Under the pieces are notes generated by a model. That model was not told where the DNA came from and ran no database searches. It worked only from the letters and a program-made list of their open reading frames with translations. Both the position numbers and the translations under genes were made by a program. This document shows positions 1-12,300 of a stretch of 64,000 nucleotides of DNA, piece after piece. The stretch is from the human T2T-CHM13v2.0 reference genome, Homo sapiens. The stretch lies in NCBI RefSeq assembly GCF_009914755.1, contig NC_060936.1; one strand, 5' to 3'. Within the stretch, counting starts at the first letter, position 1. The number at the start of each line of letters is the position of its first letter.

Positions 1-239
1 TGTGAATTGAACGCACACATCACAAAGTAGTTTCTGAGAATGATTCTGTCTAGTTTTTATACGAAGATATTTCCTTTTCTACATTTGGCCTAAAAGCGCT
101 TGAAATCTCCACCTGCAAATATCACAAAAAGAGGGTTTCACATCTGCTCTGTCTAAAGGACAGTTCACCTCTGTGAGTTGAATAGAGGCAACACAAAGAA
201 CTTACTCAGTATTCTTCTTTCTAGCGTTCTATGAAGAAA

Positions 240-256
240 TCCCGTTTCCAACGAAG
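240..256 (-). promoter_or_regulatory. CENP-B box (first of ~188, one per dimer)
   Basis: + strand tcccgtttccaacgaag = CTTCGTTGGAAACGGGA on the - strand, an exact 17-bp CENP-B box. It recurs every 339-340 bp. Confidence 0.98.
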
Positions 257-749
257 GCCTCAAAGAGGTCAAATATCTGCTTGCAGACTTTACAGACAGA
301 GTGTTTCCAAACTACTCTATGAAAAGAAAGCTTAAACTCCTTGAGTTGAACGCACACATCACAAAGTAGTTTCTGAGAATGATTCTGTCTAGTTTTTATA
401 CGAAGATGTTTCCTTTTCTACATTTGGTCTCAAAGCGATTGAAATCTCCAACTGGAAACTGCACAAATAGGCTGTTTCAAATCTGCTCTGTCTAAAGGAA
501 GGTTCAGCTCTGTGTGTTGAATACACACACCACAAATAAGTTACTGAGAATTCTTCTGTCGAACATTACTTGAAGAAATCCCGTTTCCAACGAAGGCCTC
601 AAAGAGGTCCAAATATCCACTTGCGGACATTACAAACAGTGTGTTTCCCAACTGCTCCATCAAAAGAAAGGTTAAACTCTGTGAGCTGAACACACACATC
701 AAAAAGAAGTTTCTGTGAATGATTCTGTCTAGATTTTATAAGAAGATGT

Positions 750-767
750 TTCCTTTTCTACCGTAGG
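750..767 (+). promoter_or_regulatory. pJalpha-like (A-type monomer) box at the equivalent position in the monomers lacking a CENP-B box
   Basis: ttccttttctaccgtagg in dimer C (ttccttttctacatttgg or ttccttttctacctttgg in other dimers) lies half a dimer away from each CENP-B box and resembles the recalled pJalpha motif TTCCTTTTYCACCRTAG. Confidence 0.55.
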
Positions 768-2716
768 CCTCAAAGCGCTTGAAATCTCCAGCTGCAAATT
801 CCACAAAAAGGGTGTTTAACATCTGCTCTTCTAAAGGAAAGTTCAACTCTATGAGTTGAATACACACAGCACAAAGAAGTTACTGAGACTTCTCCTATCA
901 AACATTATATGAAGAAATCCCGTTTCCAACGAAGGCCTCAAAGAGGTCCAAATGTCTGCTTGCAGACTTTACAGACAGAGTGTTTCCAAACTGCTCCATC
1001 AAAAGAAAGGTTAAACTCCTTGAGTTGAACACACACATCACAAAGTAGTTTCTGTGAATGATTCTGTCTAGTTTTTATACGAAGATGTTTCCTTTTCTAC
1101 CTTTGGTCTCAAAGCGATTGAAATCTCCACATGGAAACTCCACAAAAAGAGTGTTTCAAATCTGCTCTTTCTGAAGGAAGGTTCAACTCTGTGAGTTGAA
1201 TACACACACCACAAATAAGTTACTGAGAATTCTTCTGTGTAACATTATATGAGGAAATCCCGTTTCCAACGAAGGCCTCAAAGAGGTCCAAATATCCACT
1301 TGCAGACTTTACAAAGACAGTGTCTCCAAACTCCTCCATCAAAAGAAAGGTTATACTCTGTGAATTGAACGCACACATCACAAAGTAGTTTCTGAGAATG
1401 ATTCTGTCTAGTTTTTATACGAAGATATTTCCTTTTCTACATTTGGCCTAAAAGCGCTTGAAATCTCCACCTGCAAATATCACAAAAAGAGGGTTTCACA
1501 TCTGCTCTGTCTAAAGGACAGTTCACCTCTGTGAGTTGAATAGAGGCAACACAAAGAACTTACTCAGTATTCTTCTTTCTAGCGTTCTATGAAGAAATCC
1601 CGTTTCCAACGAAGGCCTCAAAGAGGTCAAATATCTGCTTGCAGACTTTACAGACAGAGTGTTTCCAAACTACTCTATGAAAAGAAAGCTTAAACTCCTT
1701 GAGTTGAACGCACACATCACAAAGTAGTTTCTGAGAATGATTCTGTCTAGTTTTTATACGAAGATGTTTCCTTTTCTACATTTGGTCTCAAAGCTCTTGA
1801 AATCTCCAACTGGAAACTGCACAAATAGGCTGTTTCAAATCTGCTCTGTCTAAAGGAAGGTTCAACTCTGTGAGTTGAATACACACACCACAAATAAGTT
1901 ACTGAGAATTCTTCTGTGGAACATTACTTGAAGAAATCCCGTTTCCAACGAAGGCCTCAAAGAGGTCCAAATATCCACTTGCAGACGTTACAAACAGAGT
2001 GTTTCCAAACTGCTCCATCAAAAGAAAGGTTAAACTCTGTGAGCTGAACACACACATCAAAAAGAAGTTTCTGTGAATGATTCTGTCTAGATTTTATAAG
2101 AAGATGTTTCCTTTTCTACCGTAGGCCTCAAAGCGCTTGAAATCTCCAGCTGCAAATTCCACAAAAAGGGTGTTTAACATCTGCTCTTCTAAAGGAAAGT
2201 TCAACTCTATGAGTTGAATACACACAGCACAAAGAAGTTACTGAGACTTCTCCTATCAAACATTATATGAAGAAATCCCGTTTCCAACGAAGGCCTCAAA
2301 GAGGTCCAAATATCTGCTTGCAGACTTTACAGACAGAGTGTTTCCAAACTGCTCCATCAAAAGAAAGGTTAAACTCCTTGAGTTGAACACACACATCACA
2401 AAGTAGTTTCTGTGAATGATTCTGTCTAGTTTTTATACGAAGATGTTTCCTTTTCTACCTTTGGTCTCAAAGCGATTGAAATCTCCACATGGAAACTCCA
2501 CAAAAAGAGTGTTTCAAATCTGCTCTTTCTGAAGGAAGGTTCAACTCTGTGAGTTGAATACACACACCACAAATAAGTTACTGAGAATTCTTCTGTGTAA
2601 CATTATATGAGGAAATCCCGTTTCCAACGAAGGCCTCAAAGAGGTCCAAATATCCACTTGCAGACTTTACAAAGACAGTGTCTCCAAACTCCTCCATCAA
2701 AAGAAAGGTTATACTC

Positions 2717-3397
2717 TGTGAATTGAACGCATACATCACAAAGTAGTTTCTGAGAATGATTCTGTCTAGTTTTTATACGAAGATATTTCCTTTTCTACAT
2801 TTGGCCTAAAAGCGCTTGAAATCTCCACCTGCAAATATCACAAAAAGAGGGTTTCACATCTGCTCTGTCTAAAGGACAGTTCACCTCTGTGAGTTGAATA
2901 GAGGCAACACAAAGAACTTACTCAGTATTCTTCTTTCTAGCGTTCTATGAAGAAATCCCGTTTCCAACGAAGGCCTCAAAGAGGTCCAAATATCTGCTTG
3001 CAGACTTTACAGACAGAGTTTTTCCAAACTGCTCCATCAAAAGAAAGGTTAAACTCCTTGAGTTGAACACACACATCACAAAGTAGTTTCTGTGAATGAT
3101 TCTGTCTAGTTTTTATACGAAGATGTTTCCTTTTCTACCTTTGGTCTCAAAGCGATTGAAATCTCCACATGGAAACTCCACAAAAAGAGTGTTTCAAATC
3201 TGCTCTTTCTGAAGGAAGGTTCAACTCTGTGAGTTGAATACACACACCACAAATAAGTTACTGAGAATTCTTCTGTGTAACATTATATGAGGAAATCCCG
3301 TTTCCAACGAAGGCCTCAAAGAGGTCCAAATATCCACTTGCAGACTTTACAAAGACAGTGTCTAGAAAACTCCTCCATCAAAAGAAAGGTTATACTC
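2717..3397 (-). repeat. 680-bp 4-mer HOR variant (A-D, lacking B and C); first of about 23 copies
   Basis: Dimer A is followed directly by the D sequence (gaggtccaaatatctgc…gagtttttccaaactgctcc…ccacatgg). A-dimer markers lie near 2828, 3508, 6227, 9625, 14377, 20488, 22524, 26600, 28635, 30673, 32711, 34749, 36787, 40183, 42219, 44936, 46974, 49012, 52408, 54444, 58519, 60555 and 62593. Confidence 0.93.
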
Positions 3398-6300
3398 TGT
3401 GAATTGAACGCACACATCACAAAGTAGTTTCTGAGAATGATTCTGTCTAGTTTTTATACGAAGATATTTCCTTTTCTACATTTGGCCTAAAAGCGCTTGA
3501 AATCTCCACCTGCAAATATCACAAAAAGAGGGTTTCACATCTGCTCTGTCTAAAGGACAGTTCACCTCTGTGAGTTGAATAGAGGAAACACAAAGAACTT
3601 ACTCAGTATTCTTCTTTCTAGCATTCTATTAAGAAATCCCGTTTCCAACGAAGGCCCCAAAGAGGTCCAAATATCTGCTTGCAGACTTTACAGACAGAGT
3701 TTTTCCAAACTGCTCCATCAAAAGAAAGGTTAAACTCCTTGAGTTGAACACACACATCACAAAGTAGTTTCTGTGAATGATTCTGTCTAGTTTTTATAAG
3801 AAGATGTTTCCTTTTCTACCTTTGGTCTCAAAGCGATTGAAATCTCCACATGGAAACTCCTCAAAAAGAGTGTTTCAAATCTGCTCTTTCTGAAGGAAGG
3901 TTCAACTCTGTGAGTTGAATACACACACCACAAATAAGTTACTGAGAATTCTTCTGTGTAACATTATATGAGGAAATCCCGTTTCCAACGAAGGCCTCAA
4001 AGAGGTCCAAATATCCACTTGCGGACATTACAAACAGTGTGTTTCCCAACTGCTCCATCAAAAGAAAGGTTAAACTCTGTGAGCTGAACACACACATCAA
4101 AAAGAAGTTTCTGTGAATGATTCTGTCTAGATTTTATAAGAAGATGTTTCCTTTTCTACCGTAGGCCTCAAAGCGCTTGAAATCTCCAGCTGCAAATTCC
4201 ACAAAAAGGGTGTTTAACATCTGCTCTTCTAAAGGAAAGTTCAACTCTATGAGTTGAATACACACAGCACAAAGAAGTTACTGAGACTTCTCCTATCAAA
4301 CATTATATGAAGAAATCCCGTTTCCAACGAAGGCCTCAAAGAGGTCCAAATGTCTGCTTGCAGACTTTACAGACAGAGTGTTTCCAAACTGCTCCATCAA
4401 AAGAAAGGTTAAACTCCTTGAGTTGAACACACACATCACAAAGTAGTTTCTGTGAATGATTCTGTCTAGTTTTTATACGAAGATGTTTCCTTTTCTACCT
4501 TTGGTCTCAAAGCGATTGAAATCTCCACATGGAAACTCCACAAAAAGAGTGTTTCAAATCTGCTCTTTCTGAAGGAAGGTTCAACTCTGTGAGTTGAATA
4601 CACACACCACAAATAAGTTACTGAGAATTCTTCTGTGTAACATTATATGAGGAAATCCCGTTTCCAACGAAGGCCTCAAAGAGGTCCAAATATCCACTTG
4701 CAGACTTTACAAAGACAGTGTCTCCAAACTCCTCCATCAAAAGAAAGGTTATACTCTGTGAATTGAACGCACACATCACAAAGTAGTTTCTGAGAATGAT
4801 TCTGTCTAGTTTTTATACGAAGATATTTCCTTTTCTACATTTGGCCTAAAAGCGCTTGAAATCTCCACCTGCAAATATCACAAAAAGAGGGTTTCACATC
4901 TGCTCTGTCTAAAGGACAGTTCACCTCTGTGAGTTGAATAGAGGCAACACAAAGAACTTACTCAGTATTCTTCTTTCTAGCGTTCTATGAAGAAATCCCG
5001 TTTCCAACGAAGGCCTCAAAGAGGTCAAATATCTGCTTGCAGACTTTACAGACAGAGTGTTTCCAAACTACTCTATGAAAAGAAAGCTTAAACTCCTTGA
5101 GTTGAACGCACACATCACAAAGTAGTTTCTGAGAATGATTCTGTCTAGTTTTTATACGAAGATGTTTCCTTTTCTACATTTGGTCTCAAAGCTCTTGAAA
5201 TCTCCAACTGGAAACTGCACAAATAGGCTGTTTCAAATCTGCTCTGTCTAAAGGAAGGTTCAACTCTGTGAGTTGAATACACACACCACAAATAAGTTAC
5301 TGAGAATTCTTCTGTCGAACATTACTTGAAGAAATCCCGTTTCCAACGAAGGCCTCAAAGAGGTCCAAATATCCACTTGCAGACGTTACAAACAGAGTGT
5401 TTCCAAACTGCTCCATCAAAAGAAAGGTTAAACTCTGTGAGCTGAACACACACATCAAAAAGAAGTTTCTGTGAATGATTCTGTCTAGATTTTATAAGAA
5501 GATGTTTCCTTTTCTACCGTAGGCCTCAAAGCGCTTGAAATCTCCAGCTGCAAATTCCACAAAAAGGGTGTTTAACATCTGCTCTTCTAAAGGAAAGTTC
5601 AACTCTATGAGTTGAATACACACAGCACAAAGAAGTTACTGAGACTTCTCCTATCAAACATTATATGAAGAAATCCCGTTTCCAACGAAGGCCTCAAAGA
5701 GGTCCAAATATCTGCTTGCAGACTTTACAGACAGAGTGTTTCCAAACTGCTCCATCAAAAGAAAGGTTAAACTCCTTGAGTTGAACACACACATCACAAA
5801 GTAGTTTCTGTGAATGATTCTGTCTAGTTTTTATACGAAGATGTTTCCTTTTCTACCTTTGGTCTCAAAGCGATTGAAATCTCCACATGGAAACTCCACA
5901 AAAAGAGTGTTTCAAATCTGCTCTTTCTGAAGGAAGGTTCAACTCTGTGAGTTGAATACACACACCACAAATAAGTTACTGAGAATTCTTCTGTGTAACA
6001 TTATATGAGGAAATCCCGTTTCCAACGAAGGCCTCAAAGAGGTCCAAATATCCACTTGCAGACTTTACAAAGACAGTGTCTCCAAACTCCTCCATCAAAA
6101 GAAAGGTTATACTCTGTGAATTGAACGCATACATCACAAAGTAGTTTCTGAGAATGATTCTGTCTAGTTTTTATACGAAGATATTTCCTTTTCTACATTT
6201 GGCCTAAAAGCGCTTGAAATCTCCACCTGCAAATATCACAAAAAGAGGGTTTCACATCTGCTCTGTCTAAAGGACAGTTCACCTCTGTGAGTTGAATAGA

Positions 6301-9300
6301 GGCAACACAAAGAACTTACTCAGTATTCTTCTTTCTAGCATTCTATGAAGAAATCCCGTTTCCAACGAAGGCCTCAAAGAGGTCCAAATATCTGCTTGCA
6401 GACTTTACAGACAGAGTTTTTCCAAACTGCTCCATCAAAAGAAAGGTTAAACTCCTTGAGTTGAACACACACATCACAAAGTAGTTTCTGTGAATGATTC
6501 TGTCTAGTTTTTATACGCAGATGTTTCCTTTTCTACCTTTGGTCTCAAAGCGATTGAAATCTCCACATGGAAACTCCACAAAAAGAGTGTTTCAAATCTG
6601 CTCTTTCTGAAGGAAGGTTCAACTCTGTGAGTTGAATACACACACCACAAATAAGTTACTGAGAATTCTTCTGTGTAACATTATATGAGGAAATCCCGTT
6701 TCCAACGAAGGCCTCAAAGAGGTCCAAATATCCACTTGCAGACTTTACAAAGACAGTGTCTCCCAACTCCTCCATCAAAAGAAAGGTTATACTCTGTGAA
6801 TTGAACGCACACATCACAAAGTAGTTTCTGAGAATGATTCTGTCTAGTTTTTATACGAAGATATTTCCTTTTCTACATTTGGCCTAAAAGCGCTTGAAAT
6901 CTCCACCTGCAAATATCACAAAAAGAGGGTTTCACATCTGCTCTGTCTAAAGGACAGTTCACCTCTGTGAGTTGAATAGAGGCAACACAAAGAACTTACT
7001 CAGTATTCTTCTTTCTAGCGTTCTATGTAGAAATCCCGTTTCCAACGAAGGCCTCAAAGAGGTCAAATATCTGCTTGCAGACTTTACAGACAGAGTGTTT
7101 CCAAACTACTCTATGAAAAGAAAGCTTAAACTCCTTGAGTTGAACGCACACATCACAAAGTAGTTTCTGAGAATGATTTTGTCTAGTTTTTATACGAAGA
7201 TGTTTCCTTTTCTACATTTGGTCTCAAAGCGATTGAAATCTCCAACTGGAAACTGCACAAATAGGGTGTTTCAAATCTGCTCTGCCTAAAGGAAGGTTCA
7301 ACTCTGTGAGTTGAATACACACACCACAAATAAGTTACTGAGAATTCTTCTGTCGAACATTACTTGAAGAAATCCCGTTTCCAACGAAGGCCTCAAAGAG
7401 GTCCAAATATCCACTTGCAGACATTACAAACAGAGTGTTTCCAAACTGCTCCATCAAAAGAAAGGTTAAACTCTGTGAGCTGAACACACACATCAAAAAG
7501 AAGTTTCTGTGAATGATTCTGTCTAGATTTTATAAGAAGATGTTTCCTTTTCTACCGTAGGCCTCAAAGCGCTTGAAATCTCCAGCTGCAAATTCCACAA
7601 AAAGGGTGTTTAACATCTGCTCTTCTAAAGGAAAGTTCAACTCTATGAGTTGAATACACACAGCACAAAGAAGTTACTGAGACTTCTCCTATCAAACATT
7701 ATACGAAGAAATCCCGTTTCCAACGAAGGCCTCAAAGAGGTCCAAATATCTGCTTGCAGACTTTACAGACAGAGTGTTTCCAAACTGCTCCATCAAAAGA
7801 AAGGTTAAACTCCTTGAGTTGAACACACACATCACAAAGTAGTTTCTGTGAATGATTCTGTCTAGTTTTTATACGAAGATGTTTCCTTTTCTACCTTTGG
7901 TCTCAAAGCGATTGAAATCTCCACATGGAAACTCCACAAAAAGAGTGTTTCAAATCTGCTCTTTCTGAAGGAAGGTTCAACTCTGTGAGTTGAATACACA
8001 CACCACAAATAAGTTACTGAGAATTCTTCTGTGTAACATTATATGAGGAAATCCCGTTTCCAACGAAGGCCTCAAAGAGGTCCAAATATCCACTTGCAGA
8101 CTTTACAAAGACAGTGTCTCCAAACTCCTCCATCAAAAGAAAGGTTATACTCTGTGAATTGAACGCACACATCACAAAGTAGTTTCTGAGAATGATTCTG
8201 TCTAGTTTTTATACGAAGATATTTCCTTTTCTACATTTGGCCTAAAAGCGCTTGAAATCTCCACCTGCAAATATCACAAAAAGAGGGTTTCACATCTGCT
8301 CTGTCTAAAGGACAGTTCACCTCTGTGAGTTGAATAGAGGCAACACAAAGAACTTACCCAGTATTCTTCTTTCTAGCGTTCTCTGAAGAAATCCCGTTTC
8401 CAACGAAGGCCTCAAAGAGTTCCAAATATCTGCTTGCAGACTTTACAGACAGAGTGTTTCCAAACTACTCTATGAAAAGAAAGCTTAAACTCCTTGAGTT
8501 GAACGCACACATCACAAAGTAGTTTCTGAGAATGATTCTGTCTAGTTTTTATACGAAGATGTTTCCTTTTCTACATTTGGTCTCAAAGCGATTGAAATCT
8601 CCAACTGGAAACTGCACAAATAGGCTGTTTCAAATCTGCTCTGTCTAAAGGAAGGTTCAACTCTGTGAGTTGAATACACACACCACAAATAAGTTACTGA
8701 GAATTCTTCTGTCGAACATTACAGGAAGAAATCCCGTTTCCAACGAAGGCCTCAAAGAGGTCCAAATATCCACTTGCAGACATTACAAACAGTGTGTTTC
8801 CCACCTGCTCCATCAAAAGAAAGGTTAAACTCTGTGAGCTGAACACACACATCAAAAAGAAGTTTCTGTGAATGATTCTGTCTAGATTTTATAAGAAGAT
8901 GTTTCCTTTTCTACCGTAGGCCTCAAAGCGCTTGAAATCTCCAGCTGCAAATTCCACAAAAAGGGTGTTTAACATCTGCTCTTCTAAAGGAAAGTTCAAC
9001 TCTATGAGTTGAATACACACAGCACAAAGAAGTTACTGAGACTTCTCCTATCAAACATTATATGAAGAAATCCCGTTTCCAACGAAGGCCTCAAAGAGGT
9101 CCAAATATCTGCTTGCAGACTTTACAGACAGAGTGTTTCCAAACTGCTCCATCAAAAGAAAGGTTAAACTCCTTGAGTTGAACACACACATCACAAAGTA
9201 GTTTCTGTGAATGATTCTGTCTAGTTTTTATACGAAGATGTTTCCTTTTCAACCTTTGGTCTCAAAGCGATTGAAATCTCCACATGGAAACTCCACAAAA

Positions 9301-12300
9301 AGAGTGTTTCAAATCTGCTCTTTCTGAAGGAAGGTTCAACTCTGTGAGTTGAATACACACACCACAAATAAGTTACTGAGAATTCTTCTGTGTAACATTA
9401 TATGAGGAAATCCCGTTTCCAACGAAGGCCTCAAAGAGGTCCAAATATCCACTTGCAGACTTTACAAAGACAGTGTCTCCAAACTCCTCCATCAAAAGAA
9501 AGGTTATACTCTGTGAATTGAACGCACACATCACAAAGTAGTTTCTGAGAATGATTCTGTCTAGTTTTTATACGAAGATATTTCCTTTTCTACATTTGGC
9601 CTAAAAGCGCTTGAAATCTCCACCTGCAAATATCACAAAAAGAGGGTTTCACATCTGCTCTGTCTAAAGGACAGTTCACCTCTGTGAGTTGAATAGAGGC
9701 AACACAAAGAACTTACTCAGTATTCTTCTTTCTAGCATTCTATGAAGAAATCCCGTTTCCAACGAAGGCCCCTAAGAGGTCCAAATATCTGCTTGCAGAC
9801 TTAACAGACAGAGTTTTTCCAAACTGCTCCATCAAAAGAAAGGTTAAACTCCTTGAGTTGAACACACACATCACAAAGTAGTTTCTGTGAATGATTCTGT
9901 CTAGTTTTTATAAGAAGATGTTTCCTTTTCTACCTTTGGTCTCAAAGCGATTGAAATCTCCACATGGAAACTCCTCAAAAAGAGTGTTTCAAATCTGCTC
10001 TTTCTGAAGGAAGGTTCAACTCTGTGAGTTGAATACACACACCACAAATAAGTTACTGAGAATTCTTCTGTGTAACATTATATGAGGAAATCCCGTTTCC
10101 AACGAAGGCCTCAAAGAGGTCCAAATATCCACTTGCAGACTTTACAAAGACAGTGTCTCCAAACTCCTCCATCAAAAGAAAGGTTATACTCTGTGAATTG
10201 AACGCACACATCACATAGTTTCTGAGAATGATTCTGTCTAGTTTTTATACGAAGATATTTCCTTTTCTACATTTGGCCTAAAAGCGCTTGAAATCTCCAC
10301 CTGCAAATATCACAAAAAGAGGGTTTCACATCTGCTCTGTCTAAAGGACAGTTCACCTCTGTGAGTTGAATAGAGGCAACACAAAGAACTTACTCAGTAT
10401 TCTTCTTTCTAGCGTTCTATGAAGAAATCCCGTTTCCAACGAAGGCCTCAAAGAGGTCAAATATCTGCTTGCAGACTTTACAGACAGAGTGTTTCCAAAC
10501 TACTCTATGAAAAGAAAGCTTAAACTCCTTGAGTTGAACGCACACATCACAAAGTAGTTTCTGAGAATGATTCTGTCTAGTTTTTATACGAAGATGTTTC
10601 CTTTTCTACATTTGGTCTCAAAGCGATTGAAATCTCCAACTGGAAACTGCACAAATAGGCTGTTTCAAATCTGCTCTGTCTAAAGGAAGGTTCAGCTCTG
10701 TGAGTTGAATACACACACCACAAATAAGTTACTGAGAATTCTTCTGTCGAACATTACAGGAAGAAATCCCGTTTCCAACGAAGGCCTCAAAGAGGTCCAA
10801 ATATCCACTTGCAGACATTACAAACAGTGTGTTTCCCAACTGCTCCATCAAAAGAAAGGTTAAACTCTGTGAGCTGAACACACACATCAAAAAGAAGTTT
10901 CTGTGAATGATTCTGTCTAGATTTTATAAGAAGATGTTTCCTTTTCTACCGTAGGCCTCAAAGCGCTTGAAATCTCCAGCTGCAAATTCCACAAAAAGGG
11001 TGTTTAACATCTGCTCTTCTAAAGGAAAGTTCAACTCTATGAGTTGAATACACACAGCACAAAGAAGTTACTGAGACTTCTCCTATCAAACATTATATGA
11101 AGAAATCCCGTTTCCAACGAAGGCCTCAAAGAGGTCCAAATATCTGCTTGCAGACTTTACAGACAGAGTGTTTCCAAACTGCTCCATCAAAAGAAAGGTT
11201 AAACTCCTTGAGTTGAACACACACATCACAAAGTAGTTTCTGTGAATGATTCTGTCTAGTTTTTATACGAAGATGTTTCCTTTTCTACCTTTGGTCTCAA
11301 AGCGATTGAAATCTCCACATGGAAACTCCACAAAAAGAGTGTTTCAAATCTGCTCTTTCTGAAGGAAGGTTCAACTCTGTGAGTTGAATACACACACCAC
11401 AAATAAGTTACTGAGAATTCTTCTGTGTAACATTATATGAGGAAATCCCGTTTCCAACGAAGGCCTCAAAGAGGTCCAAATATCCACTTGCAGACTTTAC
11501 AAAGACAGTGTCTCCAAACTCCTCCATCAAAAGAAAGGTTATACTCTGTGAATTGAACGCACACATCACAAAGTAGTTTCTGAGAATGATTCTGTCTAGT
11601 TTTTATACGAAGATATTTCCTTTTCTACATTTGGCCTAAAAGCGCTTGAAATCTCCACCTGCAAATATCACAAAAAGAGGGTTTCACATCTGCTCTGTCT
11701 AAAGGACAGTTCACCTCTGTGAGTTGAATAGAGGCAACACAAAGAACTTACTCAGTATTCTTCTTTCTAGCGTTCTATGAAGAAATCCCGTTTCCAACGA
11801 AGGCCTCAAAGAGGTCAAATATCTGCTTGCAGACTTTACAGACAGAGTGTTTCCAAACTACTCTATGAAAAGAAAGCTTAAACTCCTTGAGTTGAACGCA
11901 CACATCACAAAGTAGTTTCTGAGAATGATTCTGTCTAGCTTTTATACGAAGATGTTTCCTTTTCTACATTTGGTCTCAAAGCTCTTGAAATCTCCAACTG
12001 GAAACTGCACAAATAGGCTGTTTCAAATCTGCTCTGTCTAAAGGAAGGTTCAACTCTGTGAGTTGAATACACACACCACAAATAAGTTACTGAGAATTCT
12101 TCTGTCGAACATTACTTGAAGAAATCCCGTTTCCAACGAAGGCCTCAAACAGGTCCAAATATCCACTTGCAGACGTTACAAACAGAGTGTTTCCAAACTG
12201 CTCCATCAAAAGAAAGGTTAAACTCTGTGAGCTGAACACACACATCAAAAAGAAGTTTCTGTGAATGATTCTGTCTAGATTTTATAAGAAGATGTTTCCT

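Larger units (their letters stand above)
1..1358 (-). repeat. Canonical 8-mer HOR unit, 1,358 bp (dimers A-B-C-D); probably chromosome 12 D12Z3
   Basis: tgtgaattgaacgc at 1 recurs at 1359. CENP-B boxes at 240, 579, 918, 1258 and 1598 are spaced 339+339+340+340 = 1358. Dimer markers: A ccacctgcaaatatcac, B ccaactggaaactgcac, C ccagctgcaaattccac, D ccacatggaaactccac. One HindIII site (328-333) and one PvuII site (789-794) per unit, EcoRI twice per unit, and no regular RsaI site. From recalled literature this fits D12Z3 better than D10Z1, the other SF1 8-mer. The confidence value refers to the chromosome assignment; the 8-mer itself is directly visible. Confidence 0.75.
580..6340. repeat. Local duplication, offset 3,398 bp (~580-2940 copied at ~3980-6340)
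   Basis: Rare SNVs are paired at +3398: gcGgac 623/4021, aatGtctg ~954/4352, gcTCttg 1793/5191, gcaTac 2731/6129. Confidence 0.88.

Noticed and set aside
85-105. Short palindromes (aagcgctt, aggcct, cagctg, gaattc)
   Set aside because: These are ordinary 6-8-bp dyads typical of alphoid monomers, with no long inverted repeat to support a special structure.
1-1358. Assignment to D10Z1 or to SF2 8-mers (chr14/22, chr18)
   Set aside because: The dimer resembles the SF1 340-bp type, and the HindIII/PvuII periodicity without regular RsaI sites fits recalled D12Z3 descriptions better. An alignment to reference HOR consensus sequences is needed to settle it.
6972-7163. 63-aa ORF on the + strand
   Set aside because: It is a translation of alpha satellite with a TTG start. 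It is open only because a private SNV (tatgAag>tatgTag near 7028) removes a TGA present in the other copies, and it has no recognisable protein features.
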